DNA of 63,822 bases, counting the filler, from Stramenopiles sp. TOSAG23-3 (lineage: Eukaryota), in NCBI GenBank assembly GCA_900128585.1. It is 6 parts of 6 records of this genome, joined end to end, with 100 filler letters (N's around TTAATTAATTAA, not from the genome) between each part and the next. Parts side by side here need not be neighbours in the genome. Positions count along the whole stretch, not along the records: positions 24,884 to 37,189 come from LT642691.1; positions 37,290 to 49,587 come from LT642692.1; 4 more parts are not named here. One strand, written 5' to 3'. Numbering within the stretch: position 1 is the stretch's first letter; each line of letters starts with the position of its first letter. The translations under genes were made by a program, and so were the position numbers. This document shows, one piece after another, positions 36,867 to 47,684 of this stretch. The notes beneath the pieces were generated by a model. That model saw only the letters and a program-made list of their open reading frames with translations, searched no databases and was not told the DNA's origin.

Positions 36867-37189
36867 ACGACTAGAGATAGAATAGAGAGAGAGAGAGACA
36901 TTCGTTTGTAGTAAAATCTTCAGTTACGAAGTGAGAGAGATCAAGAAGTGAATAATACGAAGTAACTAAAAGGGTCACTGCTAAAAAAACAATTAAGAAC
37001 AAAATTAAGCCTGTAGTTTCCTTCGAAGTCATCATCATTTATTTTAGCCTAGATTTACGAGGAGAGGAGTTAGTTAGCTTAACTTACTTTTTAATTAATG
37101 CCGGGGTCTTTGGTTACCCCTTACCGGTGGTGTAACTAACTAATAATAACTACAAAAACAAAACAAATTCAAGCAAACAACAACAACAA

Positions 37190-37289
37190 NNNNNNNNNNN
37201 NNNNNNNNNNNNNNNNNNNNNNNNNNNNNNNNNTTAATTAATTAANNNNNNNNNNNNNNNNNNNNNNNNNNNNNNNNNNNNNNNNNNNN
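37190..37289. other. Artificial contig linker
   Basis: 44 N + TTAATTAATTAA + 44 N. Confidence 0.98.
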
Positions 37290-38178
37290 CCAGCAGCCAA
37301 CCAAGCGCATCTAATGTCCCAAGCAGGTGAACGCCCAGATTTGGATCCACATTTCCAACGACGAGCAGTGGTTGGGAGACAGTGATAATTTCAAGGCAGC
37401 GGTGCAATGAATGTACAAAGAGCAGGGGAGCGTCCACTCTTGCAGCAACACTTGCTGCAAGTAACGCTGCCCCGTAGTCGTCCTCCGACGCGACAACAGC
37501 GTGCTTTGTTTCTCCGCCCCAGAGTGCAGCGAGTGCAATAGTCGTAGATTCCAAGTCAGGACAATCGTAATAAATGACATCGGTATCAGCGGCGGCCACA
37601 ACGTCAAAGAGATTGTTGCCGCTTCGAAAGACATGAACAAAAGAAGGCTTCAATCGATTAAAGAAGTCTTGCATGTTGTCGAATTGCGGCGCATTCAAGT
37701 CGTAACCTTCAGGAGTCATAACTTCTTCGCTTCCTTCGCTCACAGCTAAGACGGTTGGTCGTTTCCCAATGCTCCCACTGTTCAGGTGGCTACTGGTCAC
37801 GGTAGCAGCAAGGAACGCGAAATCCCTCCAGTCCGGAGTCGTGCGAGGAATGGTAAAAATGAAAGCATGGGTCGTGTGAGCATTGGTATTGGTACCGGAG
37901 ACCGTCAGTGTTGCATGTTCTCGAGGCTTTTTTAGCGACCAATGGGAGGAACCGCAAGTCATTCCACCGTCAGCTTGAGTAATAAAAAGCTGCCCTGGTA
38001 ATGAACTTGTAATTTTTTCACCATCATATTCCATATTTTCCCATCTGTTGCCAGCAGTATCAGCCCAGATGTAATTTTCACCATTTTTCGTAAATGATCC
38101 AGTGTATGAGGTACCATCAAGTATCCATTTTGAATCGTTGGACAACTCATTCCATTTGAAGGTCTTTTTCTCTGCCAT
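37290..38178 (-). CDS. 5' part of a protein with a cell-wall-binding-2-like segment (3' truncated by contig end)
   Basis: ATG at 38178 and open to the contig edge; AVVASEDDYGAALLAASVAARVDAPLLFV resembles the CW_binding_2 repeat; DWRDFAFLAA motif. Confidence 0.6.
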
Positions 38179-38857
38179 GAGTATGTTGAGTTGGTATTTT
38201 AACTTGAGATACGTTTGATATAACTCTAAACACGCAAAATCTATGCAACCATGCGTTTCAAAAATTTGCAAGTTACACAACAAACTCTACGGTGACCATG
38301 CACAAAATTTATAGTTTTCTTAATAAATAAAAAAATATCTACTACTATAAATTTAAATTTTCTACACCACATCATCATTATTATTATATTATTAGGGAAA
38401 ATTATTATGAAATTTTTTTTAATATAATATTAATAATTGTAATAATAGTAGTAGTAGAGAGTAGTAGTAAATTTTAATTATTTATTATTATTTATCATCA
38501 ATTAATTGTTATTATTATTATTATATCTTAATATTGTACAAAAAAGATATTTTATTTCTAGTACTTAGTATTTCCATCCTATGGGCCATTTATTAGTTAC
38601 TACAGTGGTATCACATACTACTATTAATAATGTGCTAACATCACACACCATACAATAATAAACATCATCAATCAAAAAACAAACCACACTTCGACACTTA
38701 CTGGTGAGTGGCCGCATATGCAGGTGGTCGCATTTCGGGAAGTGTAAAGAGAAGTTTTTCTATATAACAAATAAAATATAACATCAAATTATTAATCAAG
38801 TAAACCTTAAGATCAATACAGATCACAAAAAAGTATTTATATTACTAAAAGTGCGCA

Positions 38858-38957
38858 TTTGTTTTCTATACTGTGTTGCTGTTCAATGGAAAAAGATTAT
38901 TTTTTCCGGCCCTGTTGTTGTTATTGTTATTATTATTAACGCACAATTCAACATCTT
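38858..38957 (+). repeat. Left copy of a ~100-bp inverted repeat
   Basis: Identical to the reverse complement of 43792-43894 except for one GTT triplet. Confidence 0.93.
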
Positions 38958-39460
38958 GGACGAAGAGTTGAAAAAGATGGAGACACTGATGCGCAGGGCC
39001 CAAGAGAAGTTTGACGGGCCGTCGGTGTTGGTTCGAACCTTGTCGATGGGCAGGAAGGCGGTGAAACGATGCCTGTCTCCAAAATGCCAGAGAGCGAAGC
39101 GGTTTAAGCCGGAGTAGCCTAATATAATTTTGTGTCTAGTGTACTTGAAGCGTCCTATCAAAGTGAGCTTAATGAAAAATAAATTAACTAAAACAACTTA
39201 CTAATTTTATCACTACTGCTGTCTCCTGCCGCGATGAACACCTCTCAACGAACACGCATTTTCCATTTTTTCTTTCCCTTAGTTGTTTACAAATTATTCG
39301 AACGAGGTTGATGTTCTGATTCAGTCTTCTTCAGGGCTATTCTTGTATTTCGACAACCAGCACCAAGTCGCAAATTGTAAATCCTAGTCAGAACAAAGAC
39401 AGGATCTTATACGGTTGCAAAGACTTATATTAAAAGTAAAGTCCGCAAACATACTGAACT

Positions 39461-41311
39461 ATGGGTACCCCCGACACTCCTACGAGCCCAAAAGACGTCG
39501 AGTTGACCTCCGTGAACTCTGCACGAACTGACGAACAGCAGAAGGTACACGTCAACATAACTTTCTGCACTCACGTAGGCTGGGACGGTGCGTTGGTGCT
39601 GTTTTTCTTGCTGGGGATTGCTGGGTTGTTTGTGTATATCACCTTTTTGTATACCAAGTCGTTTCAGGCATGGCACCGACCTTGGGTGTGGTTGTTTCTG
39701 GTGCTTGCGGTGCTGTATTCTCTGCTCAGCTTTCTTTACTTTTTTGCGTGGAAAAGACATGCAAAATATGTAGTAGAACAAAGCAGAACAACTAAACCGA
39801 AGAGACGAGGTGCAAGAAGTGTATGTAGAACCATTCAACGTTATAAGAGAGACTTTGATATCAAAGGTAGCTTGTTTTTGTGGAAATTATATTTTACAGA
39901 ATTTGTGGAGAGTATCAACCAACTTGTCAACGTCAACACATTCTATTTGTGCACCCTGCCGGTGTCAGTAACCGTCTCCATGTGCATGGTCCTGAGCCTT
40001 GATGCATTTTACCGGGCCTACCAGCTGAACCAACATTATACTGTTGAGCGTCGGGACTGGCAAATCAAAACAGACCTTTGTATTGATTTTCTCTGTGTTG
40101 CATTACCTCTCTGTGTCTTGTGGTTTGGATATCAAATTCCAATTTCGGTGCAAGAAATGATACAGATAACGTTTTGGCCATCTCTATGCCTATTCAGCAA
40201 GTCACGCTCAATTTTCAGGGAGATAGTTCGAGTAAGGACAGAAAACACTATGGGACTTAGCGTCACGGACGGGAAAAGAATAGCGAAAATACAGAGGGGG
40301 CGTGTGCCAAAAGTGGTTTCGAAAGCATTTTGTATCTATAATGTTGGATATGGCCTCTTCTTGTTTTCGGTGGCGGTGGCGCATCTTGGAATGTCTCTAG
40401 AGACGGAAAATTTTGCAAACTGTGATAAAACAACGTGGGAAAAAGGCTGCGTCAACAAGATCCCCTTTTGCAAAAGTCTGTTTAAGCCTACGTGTAATTG
40501 CGCGAGTATGAAGATAGAAAATGATTACAAGTTGCTGGCGTTACCGAATTCACTGGTAGATAGAATGACTGGGTTGCGAAAAGTCTTTATACGCAATTGC
40601 AATTTGACCACTTTGCCGCCGAAAATGGAAAAGTTGACGCAGATAGTCGATTTTGAAATATCGTTTAATCGGCTGCAAGAGTTTGATGTGGATGTGCGTG
40701 AGTGGAAAAAATTACACAAACTTCACTTGTTTCATAATAATATTTCAACTTACAATAGGATTGCTTTGTGGACCCATATCAAGATTGAATACCTTGATAT
40801 TTCAGATAATACTGGCATGGAAATCCCAAGCTCTGAAACTAAGATTACGATGCCGTCACTTGTGCTGTTGGCGTTTAATAATAATAGTGTCGGCGTCAAC
40901 TTTCAGTTGGACAAAAAGATGTTTCCAAATATTATGTATTTATATTTGAATGGAAATAATGGAATGGCGTTTCCTGATAAATCGCTGATGGGAACACTTC
41001 AGTATCTAGGTGTCGCAAGATGCAATTTAAAGAAACTCCCATCATATTTAGTTGCATTCAAGCACCTGAAATATTTAGATGCGCGTGATAATAACATTTC
41101 TAGCGTAAGCAATGATTTGAAGGCGCTGATAACGAGGAACCAAGTTGAATCGTATTTTTCAGGTAACATGGTTTGCAACACAGACAAAGAGTTGGATTGC
41201 AAACCCGTATGCAGTAAATATTGCTGGAGTAGGCATGTAGCCGATGATGGGGTTTGTCACTGGATGTGTAATTCAAAAGAATGTAAATTCGACGGAGGAG
41301 ACTGTTCATAA
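39461..41311 (+). CDS. Multi-pass membrane protein with C-terminal leucine-rich repeats and an LNR (Lin12/Notch) repeat
   Basis: About 6-7 hydrophobic helices; LRRs (LRKVFIRNCNLTTLP, LKYLDARDNNISSV); terminal DGVCHWMCNSKECKFDGGDC. Confidence 0.85.
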   Translation: MGTPDTPTSPKDVELTSVNSARTDEQQKVHVNITFCTHVGWDGALVLFFLLGIAGLFVYITFLYTKSFQAWHRPWVWLFLVLAVLYSLLSFLYFFAWKRHAKYVVEQSRTTKPKRRGARSVCRTIQRYKRDFDIKGSLFLWKLYFTEFVESINQLVNVNTFYLCTLPVSVTVSMCMVLSLDAFYRAYQLNQHYTVERRDWQIKTDLCIDFLCVALPLCVLWFGYQIPISVQEMIQITFWPSLCLFSKSRSIFREIVRVRTENTMGLSVTDGKRIAKIQRGRVPKVVSKAFCIYNVGYGLFLFSVAVAHLGMSLETENFANCDKTTWEKGCVNKIPFCKSLFKPTCNCASMKIENDYKLLALPNSLVDRMTGLRKVFIRNCNLTTLPPKMEKLTQIVDFEISFNRLQEFDVDVREWKKLHKLHLFHNNISTYNRIALWTHIKIEYLDISDNTGMEIPSSETKITMPSLVLLAFNNNSVGVNFQLDKKMFPNIMYLYLNGNNGMAFPDKSLMGTLQYLGVARCNLKKLPSYLVAFKHLKYLDARDNNISSVSNDLKALITRNQVESYFSGNMVCNTDKELDCKPVCSKYCWSRHVADDGVCHWMCNSKECKFDGGDCS

Positions 41312-41391
41312 AGTTCGGTTTAATGAATTAATATAACAAGAAAATATATATTATGGTATATAATTCTTTGCAAACTAACCTCGTCTTGGAA

Positions 41392-43611
41392 TCACAAGTC
41401 TGCCAATTGTTCTTTTAGAACCTTGTTCACCCTTTCGACAAGCTCCGATTTTCTCCCCGTGCAATCTTGGCCAAGTTCTTTCAAGAATTTTTTCAGTGCG
41501 GGCACCGTTTGCTTGGCAACCTCACTTCTTGCATAAATCTTGTTCCAGTTCAGAGGGGCTTCACTCTTGAATTTCTTTCTGGCAGTTTCAGAAGAAGCGC
41601 CGGCACGTTCACGTTTCTTTTGACTACTGGCCGGAGGCACGTCTGGTAGGAGCGATAAAATTTCTTTAACATCGTCTGCACAGTGTTCATCAGCTTCTGG
41701 TGGGGGCCTCAACTTGTCGTGCTTTTCATCGCTCCATTCCACACTCATATCATTCAAAGCCAAAGCCTTCAAGACTGCATAAAACCTTGTTAAACTTGGG
41801 TTTCGGAACTGCCCTGGCACGTACGTGCCCAAATCGCAATCCTCGACTATGTTCTCCATATGCTCGACTAAATGTGCATTTGGTTCGGCTTGCCCTATGC
41901 TTGCGGGCATCCAATCCTCCTCTTTCCGTATCTCATTCGCCCACGGTAAAATAACGGCTTGAAAGCCCGCTGGTGTGGTGTGGTTCCCCAAAACTGGGGG
42001 CATGACCGCGCTCAGTTTAAACTTCATCTCCCTGTCCTCATCGCTGAGAAGTTCAACTTCCATGCCGTTTTCAAAAGGGGACGATCCTTTCTCTAGCTGA
42101 ACTTGCCAATACATTCCGCCATTCCCTGCTTCTTGACGCACAACCGTCCCAGATCCTTCCCCAGACTCAGCATCGATTACGTCTCCAATATTAACTGGTA
42201 TGTGGGGAGGAAATGATACGAGTTGGCTTCTTGCGAAAACGCTCTCTTGCGGAATCAACGCGGCCAAGCGTGGGGAAGATATCCGGGTTATGCGAATCAT
42301 CGCTATGGCGACCACGTTCCTCTCAACCATTGCATCATGCAACGCAGTGAATGCTTTCACGCTCCCATGTAGAGTCGAATTGTCGGGGTACAAAAAGTAC
42401 GACCCCTTCGCTTGGTAGTACGGTTTCAAGCTCACTTTGGACCGGAACCCAAGAACACGGCAACCGGGATCCATCTTGTGCGATTCCTTTATTTGCACGG
42501 AAACTTCGTCTTTTTCAAAGAAAACACGGCTAGATACGTCCTTTTTGTTGGTACCAAGGACGAAGTAAAGCTCATAATCCGAGGGCTGTAATTTCCTACC
42601 CGAGTCTTCGCAATAAAGGCTGCGATCTGATATAATCTCTTTGTTTGTTTGCACGTGCAAATTTTTCTTCAAAGGTTTCTTCTGCTCTGCAAACAAATGG
42701 TAAGCAGCCGCGCCGATTTTAACCTGGTCACCGATGCTAATGCAGAGACGACCAGCCGTTCGCTTGGAATGGTAACGATCCCGTGCTCGGTTGAGGGTGT
42801 CCGCTTTGCTCGAGATTTTAAACGATTTCTCTGTGCTCTCGCTGTCGTCGTTGGTCAGGTTGTTTTCTTTGAAGAATTCTACCAGGCCGGTCTTGTTGTG
42901 ACTGTTGAAACCGTCATAGAACCTACTAAGTTGAAACATCCCGTCCTGTCCTCCAGCAATGTTCTGCTTCCTGTTCATAAAATACAGTTCCGTGGAGTAT
43001 CCCTTCCTGCCCATATCTTCTACCTTTGTTAATGTCTGCAAGGTTTCGTCGTCGTTGCCGCCGCACGGGTCGTCCGCACAAGTCAACAAATTTATTCGGC
43101 AGCGATAAAATTTCTTAACTTTTTTTTCAGAAAAGATCTGTCTGGAAGTTTCCCAAAGGGTGTCGTGCAGCACGTGAAGTAGGTCTAGCGCGGTCGCCCC
43201 CTCGCTTACTGCTGGACCAGGACCGCCCCACACGGCGTTTTTGCCCAAGTCGGACAGGTTTTCCATGATCTTGTTGTGTATATCTTGGATCGCATTTATG
43301 ATCCCGGCTGACAAGGTGCCCAACTTCTTGAACGTATAGACCCCTTTGAACTTGTTGTCATTGTTCAATACTTTCGTGTTGAAAAAAATGATACCAATCA
43401 TTTCGTTTGGATGCTGCACCACTCGATTTTCCATCCAAGAGATTAGGAGCGTAAACGCTAAGTCGATAGGGACTATGCCGCCAGTGTTCTTTTCGAACAT
43501 ACTTTGTTCGCAATTTATCAAAAAGAAAACACACTCTTTCGTTCCATATTCCTGGTGCCGCAACACGTTCCCTGATGCGACTTTCTTCGCGTCCTTTCCG
43601 TCCCCTTCCAT
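41392..43611 (-). CDS. KU70: Ku70 (NHEJ DNA end-binding subunit)
   Basis: vWA N-terminus (ECVFFLINC..SMF; IGIIFFNT; LLTCADDP), core (VLGFRS; YFLYPD...GSVKAFTALHDAM; PAGFQAVILPWANEIR; FRNPSLTRFY) and C-terminal SAP domain (TVPALKKFLKELGQDCTGRKSELVERV). Confidence 0.95.
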   Translation of the reverse strand: MEGDGKDAKKVASGNVLRHQEYGTKECVFFLINCEQSMFEKNTGGIVPIDLAFTLLISWMENRVVQHPNEMIGIIFFNTKVLNNDNKFKGVYTFKKLGTLSAGIINAIQDIHNKIMENLSDLGKNAVWGGPGPAVSEGATALDLLHVLHDTLWETSRQIFSEKKVKKFYRCRINLLTCADDPCGGNDDETLQTLTKVEDMGRKGYSTELYFMNRKQNIAGGQDGMFQLSRFYDGFNSHNKTGLVEFFKENNLTNDDSESTEKSFKISSKADTLNRARDRYHSKRTAGRLCISIGDQVKIGAAAYHLFAEQKKPLKKNLHVQTNKEIISDRSLYCEDSGRKLQPSDYELYFVLGTNKKDVSSRVFFEKDEVSVQIKESHKMDPGCRVLGFRSKVSLKPYYQAKGSYFLYPDNSTLHGSVKAFTALHDAMVERNVVAIAMIRITRISSPRLAALIPQESVFARSQLVSFPPHIPVNIGDVIDAESGEGSGTVVRQEAGNGGMYWQVQLEKGSSPFENGMEVELLSDEDREMKFKLSAVMPPVLGNHTTPAGFQAVILPWANEIRKEEDWMPASIGQAEPNAHLVEHMENIVEDCDLGTYVPGQFRNPSLTRFYAVLKALALNDMSVEWSDEKHDKLRPPPEADEHCADDVKEILSLLPDVPPASSQKKRERAGASSETARKKFKSEAPLNWNKIYARSEVAKQTVPALKKFLKELGQDCTGRKSELVERVNKVLKEQLADL

Positions 43612-43791
43612 CTTCCCGTTTTGCAGAAAGGAAAACAAGCCTTTTCTTTTGTTAACTTTGCTTTCAATATTATGTGGTGTAATAATTGGAGAGTGAATTG
43701 ATCTTGTCTTTTAAACACCGTTTTCGTTTTGTTTCGTACATTTATTCTTCTTATTTTTATCAATGTATTGGGTGTTGAGATCTTTTAGTAA

Positions 43792-43894
43792 AAGATGTTG
43801 AATTGTGCGTTAATAATAATAACAATAACAACAACAACAGGGCCGGAAAAAATAATCTTTTTCCATTGAACAGCAACACAGTATAGAAAACAAA
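43792..43894 (-). repeat. Right copy of the ~100-bp inverted repeat, ~180 bp upstream of Ku70
   Basis: Reverse complement of 38858-38957 with one additional AAC unit. Confidence 0.93.
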
Positions 43895-44917
43895 AATGGA
43901 AAACATCACCGCCGACGAAGCTTTTTTTAATTATTTTAAGCTGAAAACCCGCGAAAGGACAAGGTCCATAAACCCTAATAATAAACCTTCGTGATTGTGT
44001 TATAGTTAGGGTTGAATTTTGAAACCCTACTTCAAAAAAACTTTTTTTTTGCTAAATTAGCTAAACATCGCACAGCACAGATACTATTGCCTGTTATTGT
44101 GTACATGCAATACCATAAGCAACGATGTTTAATAAAAAAATTCTAAATAGAGGGTCAACAGGCACAGGGGCTGATTTATTGCAGGTAACAGGGACAGCAT
44201 GGGTTATCCGACTTTCGAATGATGTGCCAATGTTATAGTTTTTAGCGGGTCGTTAGCACGCTGGGAATTTGGCCCGGCACCTCAAGCCTGTGTAATGTAT
44301 TTTCGTCACTAACATACTCACAGTATGTTAAATATATTCGAGATATTTCACCCTTAGAGATATTATTTTACAGTACGTGTATATCGTACTTACCGAAGAT
44401 GGGATTTTCATTATTAGACGACTATACAATTATTTATATTAATCAATGCTGTGTTGTTATTATTAATTTTATAAAACTACAAAACTCGGAAAGAATAATC
44501 ACGAAAAGAAGTTGGATTAAAGCTCGGCGGAGAAAAGAGGGGGGGGACTCTGCTAATTGTCGCCAGCATGATGAGTATTACTACTACTAATTGTCGCCAG
44601 CAAGAGAATAACTATTCGTTTTGCATTGTAATGTATTTTGATAGGGAATATTACTACATAGGCATATCATTGGGCGGCAGGTTTCCAAATTTTCTCCAAA
44701 TAAAAAGCACTTGTTGAATATAGTAATAATGTAGATTGATTGACACCAAGAAGAAATACCAAATACGAAAAGACCACACTTGATTGTGAACATTTAGACT
44801 AACTACATATGGTGTTAACTCAAATCTTGTAGTTATTTTTATGGCTTTTGGGTTATAATTATAGTATTTCTTTTCTGGTTCCCTGTATGTAGTCATATAG
44901 CATAGAAGAACGAGAGA

Positions 44918-47535
44918 ATGTTTCTTATGACTGCAAAACGAACATGGCTTTTAGCCGTGGCTACCCTGCTCTACCACTTGGCGTCTTGCAGGGGTCTGGA
45001 GCACGGGAGTGTGTCCAAGAGTGCCGCTTCACTTACACTGTTGGGCAAGAATAGGAAAACGTTAGCGTCGACTTCTGGGGGACATGCAAGGAGGCATTTT
45101 AGTTCCTCTTTGAGTGCAAAGGACAACCGTTTGTGTGTCACGACCGCTGAGAAATATATTGAGTGCCTTGAGCGCAAGAGAGGCAATTTGTGGGACTTTA
45201 AAGCATACGATCCCGCAGGGAGGACGCAGAAAGAGTTGCTAGAAAAACCGTCTACCTGCGCTTCAAAACCGAAAGGCCAAAACGGGCCTGTCTGCTGTGA
45301 TGGTAAAATGCATAAGTGTCATTTGTATTCTGGGGGGATACAGTGTTTGGGAGATGACTCCGAGGGCCAATCGAACAGTCATAAAATTAAGAATGCATCC
45401 AATGGGAAGTTCGTGTCTGTCGACTGTGGCGATTGGCATACTTGCGGTGTCACGAGTACAGGAGCGATAGAATGTTTCGGTTTAGATTATAGCCGCCAAG
45501 CTAATGGGGGAAAACCTAAAACAGCACTGAATGGAAAATTTGTCCAAGTTAGTGCCAGCGGCAAATACACGTGTGGACTGACAGACCATGGGACGGTTGA
45601 ATGTTTTGGGCAAGGCGCACCGAATGTTTTTGACTACAGCCCGCTTTACTACATATCGTCCCCGTCAGGCTTTGTTCACAAACGCGGAAAACTAATAGAA
45701 TGCCCAAGGGGTACATTTTCAAACGGAAATCAAACAAACTGCACCAAATGTCCCGACAATAAACCGTTGTCGAGCCTACAGGCAAAGTCAATGCACGAAT
45801 GCAGAAAAGTCCCACCCGGACATGGCTTCAATAGGATTCTCGGTAAACTGTTTAGTTGTGACTACGGCGAGTACAACACAGGAAATGACGTAACTTGTAA
45901 AAAGTGCCCAAACGACAGGATAAAATCGCCAAAAGGATCCGAATCTCAAGCGCAATGTACGGCCGTTCCCGCCGGATATGAATATAAAGGTGGCAAAGAA
46001 ACGCGATGTCTTGGGGGGACGTATTCTTTTGGAAATCAATTCGAATGCTCATGGTGTCCCCCTGAAAGACCTAATTCTCCTGCTGGTTCAAAATCCGATA
46101 GAGAGTGTAAGTCATCTTTAGGTGAAATCAACGCACTGTTGAAATCGGTGGAGGGGATGAAGGAAGGGCAGAATGATATTTCGATAAAAACTTCACGTCT
46201 GTGGCAAAGAGAGCAAATACGAATGCACCACGATAGAATGATGGACGGACGCAAAGATCTAGACAACAAGAAAGAAAAGGTTGCATGTGAAGACGAACGC
46301 AGAAACGGGAACATCGTCTTTCCTGCCATTGAAATTGAAAACGAGATTGAGAAGGTTGAAGGTACTACCTGCATCGATACAAATCGTGATGAAATGCTTA
46401 AATCATTTTGTAGTTTCACAACTGACTTAGACAATTTATTTCTAATTCAAAACATCCAAAAAGAAGCCAAGGCCTTCTGGCCCAATATCTGTTGCAAGGA
46501 ACGAAGGGATGCAGCAGTGGAAGTGTGTGAAGATCCAAGTGGCAAAAAAAAACGTGGTGAGATTGTGCCCTTTGCTCTGTCGTCGGGTGGGAACTATAGT
46601 CGACATAATTTGTATGTGGAAGTGGCGGATACAATTAAACAGAATGGTTATTTGCATAAAGGAATGAATCGATTAATCGATACCCTTCCAAGCATCGGAA
46701 AGCAGAAGAAACGTGCGATGAAACGTCTGATTGGAACATTTTTCAACGACGTCTCGCTGTGCGGCCCACGTATTATAGATGCACCAGATGCGAAAGACAA
46801 AAAGAAATTGTGTGAACTCTTTATCCCGTATAATCATGCCATGACAAGTTTCTTCGAAATGATTGAGACTTACGACAGCAATTCCCGCCTCGTCTGGGCA
46901 AGAATAGGAATGTTGGTGCGATGATGCAGGTAAAGAAAAAGGACACAAAGACAACTTGTAGTACCGGAAGTCGATATGGTAGTCGATCAAAATTAGCTAG
47001 GAAGAAGGAAGACTTCTGCAAAGGTTACAAGCATCTAGACTTGAGCGATACCAGAATCAAAAACATTGCCGTCCAGTATCTGAAAAATGATATAACCTTG
47101 AGTGATCAAGAAATGTTTAGCCTCTCGCACCGCATGCGCTATCAAGTTAAAGACACATCGTGCCCATCCCCTCTGTTCACCGCGAACGACATTTCCATCC
47201 AGCAGGTTGCCATGGATGCGTTGGGAACAGAAAAGGAATGGGTCGCCGTGGTGAATTTGAATACGAAGGATGACGATGGCTATTTACAGAGTGAATTGCC
47301 GTACTGTGAGGAAAGATCGTATCTTATTGGTACCAGCGTTAGCGTGAAAGCTTATGTGGATAGCGGAAATTATTGTGGAAAGTTAGTAGATTACAATGAA
47401 TGCAGAAGTAAATGCTTAGCAGAATGTCGTGCTGGCAACTGTCGCAAAACATGCGCCAAAAAATTGGTACAACTGAAAAACAGACAGGACAAGCATTATT
47501 CCAAAGAAGTGGTGCTGATGGGAACGGGGTGTTAG
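44918..47535 (+). CDS. Secreted protein with RCC1-like repeats, ephrin-receptor-like (GCC2/GCC3) Cys-rich repeats and a novel Cys-rich C-terminus; probably one gene split at ~46890 (44918-46924 + 46921-47535)
   Basis: Signal peptide; FVSVDCGDWHTCGVTSTGAIECFG and FVQVSASGKYTCGLTDHGTVECFG; three CP.G.(F/Y)S.GN...C..CP repeats. The second frame is open upstream of its ATG (RLGKNRNVGAMMQ). Confidence 0.8.
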
Positions 47536-47684
47536 AAAGAACAAAACTGACTATTTTTCAGTTATGCTTTATTTATAATCCCAACACCTCGCAGCACACG
47601 AGCGTGTAAATAAAATTAATTTATCTTGAAAAATTCTTAAAACACTGAATTTAAGTTCTTAGGATTTTTACTTTTTACACCTAT

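Noticed and set aside
38851..39117. 88-aa ORF as an intact gene
   Set aside because: Its first third is the non-coding inverted repeat; at most a headless gene tail.
43948..44030. Telomere-like AAACCCTA/TTAGGGTT motifs and an E2F-like site upstream of Ku70
   Set aside because: Three scattered short matches in AT-rich DNA, not an array; cannot be distinguished from chance.
44553..44602. 16-bp direct repeat CTAATTGTCGCCAGCA x2
   Set aside because: Only two copies; a local duplication with no further structure.
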